60,690 bases of DNA from NCBI GenBank assembly GCA_964425105.1, contig CAYRLE010000001.1, positions 1 through 60,690 of the forward strand, written 5' to 3'. The DNA comes from an uncultured Gammaproteobacteria bacterium. Lineage in GTDB: Bacteria > Pseudomonadota > Gammaproteobacteria > SZUA-140. Shown here one piece after another: positions 47,998 to 54,531 of the stretch (positions are counted from its first letter, which is position 1; every line of letters starts with the position of its first letter). The position numbers and the translations under genes were made by a program. Below the pieces are notes generated by a model, which was given only the letters and a program-made list of their open reading frames with translations, ran no database searches and was not told the origin of the DNA.

Positions 47998-48536
47998 TCC
48001 TTGACGATGAATTCGGGCTGCTGCCTGCTCTCCACGTCAACGATCTTCAGTTCCAGGTATTTGGGGCCCAGTTGTTTCTCGAAGGTGAGGGTCGCACCGC
48101 GGCGGTATTCCCGGCCCTCGGGGCCCAGCCCCGTGAAGAAGGCCACCAGTTCATGCTCACCAGCGCGCAGGTTGCCGAAGTAGATGCGCTGCACGCCGCC
48201 GCGGCGCAGGGCCTCCAGTTCACGACGGGTATAGAGATAATTGCTCACCACCTTGTCGTCGATTTTCACCTGCACGGCATCCAGCTTGAAGAATTCGCCG
48301 GTATCCAGGGACAGGAACACCGCCACCTGGGTGTTGGTGGGAAAGAGCAGTTCCTCCTCGAGGACGAACAACTCGCGGTTGATCTCCAGGATGTCTTTCT
48401 TGAGCGCCTGCACCTCGTCGTCCAGACTGTGGAAGTCCGCCGGCGCGGTGCTGTTTTCTGCTTGGGCCACGACGGAAAAGACACTGCCCAGAAGGAGCAG
48501 TGCCACAAGAGGGTAGAGCTTGATGCTGCGTTTCAT
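47988..48536 (-). CDS. Secreted protein (~182 aa): N-terminal short coiled coil + beta-rich domain, unknown function
   Basis: Signal peptide MKRSIKLYPLVALLLLGSVFSVVAQA, then DDEVQALKKDILEINRELFVLEEELLFP. First gene downstream of heptamer hairpin H1. Confidence 0.6.
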   Translation of the reverse strand: MKRSIKLYPLVALLLLGSVFSVVAQAENSTAPADFHSLDDEVQALKKDILEINRELFVLEEELLFPTNTQVAVFLSLDTGEFFKLDAVQVKIDDKVVSNYLYTRRELEALRRGGVQRIYFGNLRAGEHELVAFFTGLGPEGREYRRGATLTFEKQLGPKYLELKIVDVESRQQPEFIVKEWD

Positions 48537-48615
48537 GATGGGCCTCGCGGGCTGGTGGCGCATTTCGTGTTATAGAGTTTTTCGGCTGAATGATACTTTG
48601 GCTTGATTGAAAATC

Positions 48616-48692
48616 CGTGAGGGGTGAGGCGAAAAGTCCATTGGGGTCTATCAGTTTCCCGTAGGATTTCCCCTCACCCCTCACCCCTCACG
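48616..48692. repeat. Heptamer-built hairpin H1 (GTGAGGG x2 ... CCCTCAC x3)
   Basis: Left arm cGTGAGGGGTGAGGcgaaaagtcc; right arm ggatttcCCCTCACCCCTCACCCCTCACg. It ends 2 nt before the stop codon (48695-48697) of the DUF1501-like gene. Confidence 0.85.
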
Positions 48693-48694
48693 AA

Positions 48695-50293
48695 TCATAT
48701 CGTCCCACTGACAATGGGGTCGAAGGCAGTGAGGCTGTCCATGAGCGTGGCATTGCCCAGGCCGTGGCCGGGGAACAGGAGGGGGAAGTTGCCCTGTTCG
48801 CCGTGCAGGGCCAGGTAGTTGAGGATCACGGTCTCCACCAGCAGGTTGACGTTGTTGGCCGCCGGGCTGGAGGCGGTCTCCACCGAACCGTCGGAGCGAA
48901 AGTAGCCCAGTTGCTGGTGCTGCTCCGGCGCCAGGCTGTCGCCGCTGAACAACTGGGGACGGCCGCCGGGATGATAGACGAGGAAGAAGGCGGCGGCGGT
49001 GGAGGAGTTGTCGCCGGTCCACACGCCCTTGCCGCGGCCTTCCGAGGAATTGTCCACGGCTCCGTTGCTGGCCACGGAGCCGTCGCTGAACACGTAGAGC
49101 ATCAGCGGCACACCCACCCGCGCGGCGTATTCCAGGCAGGCGCCCATGCAGCGTCCGGCGCGCAGGTCGCGGATCTCGCCCACGGCTCGGTCGCCGGTAT
49201 GGTAGTCATAGCCGCCCATGGTGATGGTGCCGGCGCCGGCGAAGCCGTTGACGACCATTTTCATCACCGAGGCGGTCTTGCGGAACTCGCCATCGCTATC
49301 GAACTCCGCCTGGCTGAAGATGCCCGTAGGACCGACGATGTCGGGGTCCAGGGCGGGGTTGAGGGTGGAGGGGTCGCCGAAGCGGTCGGCGATGTCGGCG
49401 GCCTTGACGTAGCCGCAGCGCACCAGGTCCTTGATCACGGCATCCGCCGAGACCTTGGTGTCGACCTGCCCCAGCTTCATGTCGCTGATGCGTTCGATGG
49501 ATTCCATCACCGCCACAGCATCGGCCTGGTCCAGGACACCGATGAGTTGCCCGGTGTCCACCAGGCCGGTAACGTCCGAAGGGCGGTCCACCTTGGTGGG
49601 GCGCGCCGCCGCGTCCATCATGGTGGCCGGCGCCAGGGAGTTGCCGCCGGAGTCGGAGCTGCGTGAGCCGATGAGGCTCAGCAGGCTGCCGTCGGCGCCG
49701 GCGCGGTAGATGCCGTACATGGGGTTGTGGGGGTTGTTGCCGGTATCGTTGTCGGAGCGTGCCGGAATCACCGCGCCGTTGATATTGGCGCTGCGCCCGC
49801 CAGCCTTCTCCAGGATGCCACGCAGAAAGGCGCTGTCGGCGTGAAAGGACAGGCCCATATCGCTGTTGATGAAGTCGTTGAGGCCCGTCTGTGGATTGGT
49901 CAGGGGCGGGATCATGTCGCCCGGCAGGCCCTGTTTTCTGTAGCCGGCGCTGGTGAGGAAATCCAGCTGGCCGCCCTGCTTGCCCACCAGGACGTTGGAG
50001 CCGGCGATGTTGGCGCCGCCCGCCAGGTCGAAGCAGATGAAGGGGATCTTGCCCGCCCCCTGGGTGGCGATGCCGCAGCCGGTCTTCAGCGCCTCCAGAT
50101 CCGATGACAGGGCGGCATAGGCGGCGCGCGGGTTGGCAAACAGGCTGAGCACCGTGGGGGCGGTCACCAGGCCGAGGCCGGTGAGAAAGCCCTGGGCGAT
50201 GAACTCGCGGCGCGTCATGGGCCGCCGGTGATCGGGGTGGCGGAGGGGCTCGTCGGGTGACAGGAATTTGCGTCGTTTGGCCATGGTGGTCAT
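48695..50293 (-). CDS. Tat-signal periplasmic protein, DUF1501-like (sulfatase/phosphatase-fold family of unknown function)
   Basis: Twin-arginine motif (MTRREFIAQGFLTGLGLV), FICFDLAGGANIAG (compare the DUF1501 GG.D..N motif) and GGYDYHTGDR (compare GGWDTH). Confidence 0.7.
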   Translation of the reverse strand: MTTMAKRRKFLSPDEPLRHPDHRRPMTRREFIAQGFLTGLGLVTAPTVLSLFANPRAAYAALSSDLEALKTGCGIATQGAGKIPFICFDLAGGANIAGSNVLVGKQGGQLDFLTSAGYRKQGLPGDMIPPLTNPQTGLNDFINSDMGLSFHADSAFLRGILEKAGGRSANINGAVIPARSDNDTGNNPHNPMYGIYRAGADGSLLSLIGSRSSDSGGNSLAPATMMDAAARPTKVDRPSDVTGLVDTGQLIGVLDQADAVAVMESIERISDMKLGQVDTKVSADAVIKDLVRCGYVKAADIADRFGDPSTLNPALDPDIVGPTGIFSQAEFDSDGEFRKTASVMKMVVNGFAGAGTITMGGYDYHTGDRAVGEIRDLRAGRCMGACLEYAARVGVPLMLYVFSDGSVASNGAVDNSSEGRGKGVWTGDNSSTAAAFFLVYHPGGRPQLFSGDSLAPEQHQQLGYFRSDGSVETASSPAANNVNLLVETVILNYLALHGEQGNFPLLFPGHGLGNATLMDSLTAFDPIVSGTI

Positions 50294-50365
50294 ACCTCGC
50301 CCGTTGGTTCGTTATCGTTTGTCTTAGTATGTGTGGGTGCATGTGTTGCTGTATCCTCGTGGGAG

Positions 50366-50496
50366 GTAATGAGTGATGCGTGATGAGTAATGAGAGGAAG
50401 AACTGCTTTCCCGCCATGCCATCTGTCCTGTCCCTTCTCATCACCCATCACTCATCACCCATCACTCATTACCCATCACTCATTACTCACGTCACT
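50366..50496. repeat. Heptamer-built hairpin H2 (GT[A/G]ATGA x4 ... T[C/T]AC[C/T]CA x7)
   Basis: Left arm 50366-50393: gtaatga gtgatgc gtgatga gtaatga. Right arm 50441-50489: tcaccca tcactca tcaccca tcactca ttaccca tcactca ttactca. The right arm runs into the stop codon (50492-50494) of the LamG gene. Confidence 0.85.
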
Positions 50497-52984
50497 GCAG
50501 CAGCAACACCGCGCTGCCCAGCACCGCCGCGCAACTGGCCTTGACCACTTCTGTGGTGCGCGCCGTGGTGGCGCAGGTGGGTGTGGGGCCGGTGGCGCAG
50601 GCCGTGAGGCGGTCCATGAGATTGTTCAGTTCATTCTTCACGCTCAGCGCATCGGGCTGGGTGGCGACATTGTTGCCCAGACTCCGGCTCAGCAGGGGAT
50701 CGATAATCGAGTCGCGCTTGGCCACTGTGTCGAAGGCGGTGTCGGCCGCGGCCGTGAAATCGAAGCCGGAGAAATAGCTGGCCGCGGGCTGTTGGCCCTT
50801 GCCGTCCACCAGGGCACTGCAGTATTCGATGGCCAGTTGGGAGACCGCCATCTGGTGGGCGGAGAGGAAGCCTTCGATGTTCTCCACCGTGGGCAGCTGT
50901 TGCTTGACGGTGGTGAAGACGACCTGCACGTCGCCCTGGCTGGGGCTGACATCGGTGACCGCTGCCATGGTGGCGTGGATCTCCTCGAAAGTGCGCAGGC
51001 CGATGTCGGGCACGGGCGCGGCATCCGGCGGGGGAGGGGGCGTCAGGGGCGCCGGCTCGGTGATCACGTTGCTGTTGTCGCCCAGGGTCTCGAAGGTGAG
51101 GAAGAACTCGTCGGCCTCCGGTCCCTTCTCCAGGGCGATCACGGTGCCGAGGCGCGACAAGAGCTGGCCCTTGGCGCTGTCGTAGGCGCTGCCCCCCAGG
51201 GTGAGGTCCAGGTTGCGGTAGGCCTGGCCCACCACGGCCTCCTTGCCGTTGATGCCAATGCGCATGGCGCGCAGGGGGATGTTGGCGGGGCTGGCCTGGG
51301 GGTCGAGGCTGATGAAGGTGGGCTGGTTGAAGAGATAGCTGTAGTTGTCGAACTGGCTGACCTCGAAGAGGATGTAGCTCTGGGGCACGCCGATGAGGTC
51401 GCTGACGCCGAACAGCAGGAAGAACTTCTCGCCCACGCCGACTTTGAAATTCTGCAGGATCTGCTCAGGTGTCAGGGCGCGGTTGTGAATGGCCACCAGG
51501 CGCAGCTTGCCCTGCCACAGGCGGTCGCCGGAGACCTCGTTGCCCAGCACGAAGGCGAAACTGTCGTCCCAGTCGCTGAGGTTGCCGCCGGCGACATTGT
51601 CCAGGTCGCCGGTGAACTGGCCGTTGACATAGATGCGCCGTCCGTTGGCCGGGTCGTAGGTGACCACCACATGCTGTTGGGTGGCCTGCAGCACTTCGGC
51701 GGCATCGGCGGTGGACAGGGCCGGCTCGCCGTTGCCGTCGGTGGTGCTGGAACGGTGCAGAAAGTCGTAGTTGTAGAGGGTCTGGCCCAGAGTGAAGTTG
51801 CGCGCCTGGGTGCCGGCGGAATAGCTGATGATACGCGCCGGGCCTTCCTGGGTGACATTGGCGGGCACCACCCAGGCCTCGATGGAGTATTCGCCGGTGG
51901 CGGTGATGAGGTCGTGGAGTTTCTTGCTGGCCGTGGTGCTGCCCTGGGCCTTGCCATCGATGATCTCGATGCCCCAGCCGCCGACCCAGTTGACGTTGCC
52001 GCTTAAGCTCAGGTGCAGGCCGGGTTCCACGCCGCTGGTGTCGTAGGCGGTGGTGCCCTGGCCGGTCTTGAATTCGTAGAGGGCGATGACATTGTCTTCC
52101 ACGCGGCTGCCGCCGCTGGCAATGATGCCGTCGGTCAGGCGCAGCGCCTTGCTGATCACCAGTTGGGGGGCCACCTGGGTCAGAGGCACCGTGGCAGCGA
52201 AGGCCTGGATGGCGGCCTCCATGTCGTTGGCGTCGTTCTGGCAGTCGCTGCTCCAGCAGTTGTGGAATTCATTGCGCAGGCGTACCACGAGGCGCGAATT
52301 GGCGGGATTGTCCAGGTCCATCTTGGCCTTGGCGGCCTCGTAGGCGGCGTCCACGTCGCTGCCCGCGAAGAAGGGCGCCTGGGGGGTGGCCGAGGATTCG
52401 CTGTGGCAGCCAGCGCAGTTGGCCGTGAGCAGAGGATGGACGGTGGTGGCGAAGTCGCTTGAGGCGGCAGGGAAGCTCTTGCTGGCGCCGGGATCCTTGT
52501 CCACCGGCGCCTTGAGTTCGATCTGGCGCCCGCCGCCGGCGCCCACGCCGCTGGCCCAGGCCTCGATATAGGCGGTGATCACCGCGCCGCAGGCGCTGTC
52601 GGCGGCCAGCCAGCAGTTGTGGCCGCCCGCCACCTTGCTCACCAGGCGCGAGTCGGCGGGCGAGTCCAGGTTCACCAGGGGATTGACGGCGCCATAGGCG
52701 AGATTGATATCGTCGCTGCGCACGAAGGCCGGCGAGGCGGGACCGTCCTGGCCATGGCAGGCGCCGCAGCGGTTGCCGGCGCTGAGATTGTCCCAGATAT
52801 TGAGTTTGAAGTTCTGCACGTCGCTGGTGGCGGGTGCCGGGCCACTATAGCTCACGCCTTGGGTATTGCTGTCGCGGGAGGGCAGGGGCTCGGTGGTGGC
52901 GCCGCCGCCACAGCCCGCCAGGATCAGGGCTGCGGCCAGCAGCATCAGACGTGCGCTCAGGGCAAAACGGGATCGGTTCATCAT
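50492..52984 (-). CDS. Secreted lipoprotein with two tandem CxxCH modules + LamG/concanavalin-like domain + long C-terminal region
   Basis: Lipobox LILAGCGG; CGACH and CAGCH; LamG-like core (ALYEF..G..AYD.SG..LHL.L.G.V.W....G..I..G.........GEYSIEAWV.P......ARIISYS....RNFTLGQ...LWQGKLRLVAIHNRALT). The ATG at 52984 overlaps the upstream stop (TGATG). Confidence 0.8.
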   Translation of the reverse strand: MMNRSRFALSARLMLLAAALILAGCGGGATTEPLPSRDSNTQGVSYSGPAPATSDVQNFKLNIWDNLSAGNRCGACHGQDGPASPAFVRSDDINLAYGAVNPLVNLDSPADSRLVSKVAGGHNCWLAADSACGAVITAYIEAWASGVGAGGGRQIELKAPVDKDPGASKSFPAASSDFATTVHPLLTANCAGCHSESSATPQAPFFAGSDVDAAYEAAKAKMDLDNPANSRLVVRLRNEFHNCWSSDCQNDANDMEAAIQAFAATVPLTQVAPQLVISKALRLTDGIIASGGSRVEDNVIALYEFKTGQGTTAYDTSGVEPGLHLSLSGNVNWVGGWGIEIIDGKAQGSTTASKKLHDLITATGEYSIEAWVVPANVTQEGPARIISYSAGTQARNFTLGQTLYNYDFLHRSSTTDGNGEPALSTADAAEVLQATQQHVVVTYDPANGRRIYVNGQFTGDLDNVAGGNLSDWDDSFAFVLGNEVSGDRLWQGKLRLVAIHNRALTPEQILQNFKVGVGEKFFLLFGVSDLIGVPQSYILFEVSQFDNYSYLFNQPTFISLDPQASPANIPLRAMRIGINGKEAVVGQAYRNLDLTLGGSAYDSAKGQLLSRLGTVIALEKGPEADEFFLTFETLGDNSNVITEPAPLTPPPPPDAAPVPDIGLRTFEEIHATMAAVTDVSPSQGDVQVVFTTVKQQLPTVENIEGFLSAHQMAVSQLAIEYCSALVDGKGQQPAASYFSGFDFTAAADTAFDTVAKRDSIIDPLLSRSLGNNVATQPDALSVKNELNNLMDRLTACATGPTPTCATTARTTEVVKASCAAVLGSAVLLLQ

Positions 52985-54162
52985 CAATCACCCATGCAGT
53001 AGACGGCGGCCTCGGCGAAGACCTGTTTCAGATTGTAGTTGCTGGCCTTGAAGGATGCGGTGATGGCTGCGATCTTGCTGCGGTCCGCACTGTTGCCTGG
53101 CTCGCGGAAGCACACGGCCTTGAAGACCTTCTTTACCTGGCAGCTGGCGAAGGCCGCGCTGTTCTCCAACTCCATGCCCATGCTCTTGGCGCCCTGGCCG
53201 CTGCCGGTCAGGGCACTGTCCCAGCCCAGCAGGGCATTGGGGCCGCTGCGCCAATAGTTGTCCCAGCGGTCGTCGGGGGTGATGTAGCCGTATTTGAAGT
53301 TGTCGGCGTTGATCAGGTATTTGGGCTGCACTGCGCCGGGGGTGTAGACGAGGCGCCCGGCGTCCTCGTCGTAGTCGTAGTAGGCATAGGCCTGGGTCAG
53401 CGGGTCCATGCCGCTGTGGCAGCCCACGCAGCTGTTGAGAAAGATGCGGCTGTCACCGCCGGGGCTGCGCGAGACGTCCTGGCGTATGCGGTCCGAGGGC
53501 CGGGTGTTGTCCTTGATCTGTTCCAGGTCGGTGCACAAATGGTTGAGCAGGGTGAAGCGGAACATGGCGCGGTTGGTGCCATCGATGAAAAAGGCCTTGG
53601 CGGCGGCGCGGGTGGTCATGACGCCCGCAGTGGCCGCGGCGGGGAGTCCGGTGAGCGCCGACTGGCTGCTGGGCACCAGCATGGCCTTGAGGTCGATGCC
53701 CTGGTTTTCCAGGGCCGCGTAGTGGTCGTTGTTGTCCACGGCATAGGGGGGCAGGCCCAGGGCCGGGTCGCCCACGTAGAGCAGATCAGCGGAGAGCAGG
53801 GTGTTGAAGGGCACGTTGTCGCGGACCATGCCGATCACTGTGGCGGTATAGTCGTTGAGAGGCGCGAAGACGGTCTGTTCCTCATTGGTCCAGGGGGTGA
53901 CGAAATTCTTCAGCGTGACGTTATAGAAGGCGCTGTTCTCCATGGCCGTGAAGGCGGCGTCCTCGGGACGGCCGGCGGCGATGTCCGCGGCCATGGCATC
54001 CAGTACCGCCGCGCTAGGCGGCACGCCGGCAAGGCGGTCGTGGAGACGCTTGGCCTGTTCGCGGTTGCCGGACCAGGCCGGGGAGGCAGCCAGTATCAGC
54101 AGCAAGGCGCTCAGGAAATAAAGCGTCAGGGCCGGCTGTTTGCTTGGTGTCGATGAATTCAT
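52984..54162 (-). CDS. Secreted CxxCH protein, DUF1588/PSD-family-like (Planctomycete-type cytochrome-associated domain)
   Basis: Signal peptide (LTLYFLSALLLILAASPAWS); FIDGTNRAMFRF.LLNHL.C; FLNSCVGCHSGMDPL. ATG at 54162 is chosen; the ORF-track extension to 54399 is not protein-like. Confidence 0.65.
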   Translation of the reverse strand: MNSSTPSKQPALTLYFLSALLLILAASPAWSGNREQAKRLHDRLAGVPPSAAVLDAMAADIAAGRPEDAAFTAMENSAFYNVTLKNFVTPWTNEEQTVFAPLNDYTATVIGMVRDNVPFNTLLSADLLYVGDPALGLPPYAVDNNDHYAALENQGIDLKAMLVPSSQSALTGLPAAATAGVMTTRAAAKAFFIDGTNRAMFRFTLLNHLCTDLEQIKDNTRPSDRIRQDVSRSPGGDSRIFLNSCVGCHSGMDPLTQAYAYYDYDEDAGRLVYTPGAVQPKYLINADNFKYGYITPDDRWDNYWRSGPNALLGWDSALTGSGQGAKSMGMELENSAAFASCQVKKVFKAVCFREPGNSADRSKIAAITASFKASNYNLKQVFAEAAVYCMGD

Positions 54163-54531
54163 GTGTCGTAGTGCTCTATGTTGGGTCCACGTGCGCCATG
54201 GGTTTCCCTGTGTTCTTGTAACGGCCGCTGCGCTTTTCACGCAAGACCGAGGAGTTCCTGCATTATGCAGGAAGCCGGGGAAGTTTTTGTGATTGGCTGC
54301 GCAGTTTGCCCCGTCGCCGCTGGCGGATAATGCAAACAGTGATGCCGTTCTCTCCAGCCAAGCAATCCCCCGGCCGCTGTCATAGAATGGCAGCGGCATG
54401 GCGGCTGGCGCTTATGGAGAAAATCACGCCTCCTCAACGTTAAACAAGCCGAAGTTAGAGATAATCTTGTTTTATTTTGTCTCTATTGCTCATTTGAATT
54501 CTAAGACGGAGATGCCAGCGGATTGGTTGCA
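54163..54531. promoter_or_regulatory. Divergent control region between the minus-strand operon and the beta-propeller gene
   Basis: About 370 nt non-coding between divergently oriented genes. Includes an AT-rich block (54440-54510: gttagagataatcttgttttattttgtctctattgctcatttgaattc). No operator identified. Confidence 0.4.

Noticed and set aside
48667-48692. G-quadruplex/i-motif interpretation of the CCCC-TCA repeats in H1 and H4
   Set aside because: Only three C4 (G4 on the opposite strand) tracts are present per arm within the window. The complementary arm nearby makes a duplex hairpin the simpler structure. This is kept only as an alternative and not claimed.
50366-50496. Heptamer arrays as a CRISPR array or as a coding repeat (ITHHPSLITHHSLLTS in the ORF track)
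   Set aside because: The units are 7 nt with no spacers. The arrays occur as inverted arms forming hairpins. No cas genes are present, and the ORF that reads through them is an antisense artefact lacking an RBS or start context.
50390-54156. Long plus-strand ORFs (50390-52006, 538 aa; 52834-54156, 440 aa) opposite the LamG and DUF1588-like genes
   Set aside because: They are antisense shadow ORFs with a Gly/Ala/Val/His/Arg-rich, low-complexity translation. The minus-strand products have signal peptides, CxxCH motifs and a LamG core, and they chain by stop/start overlap.
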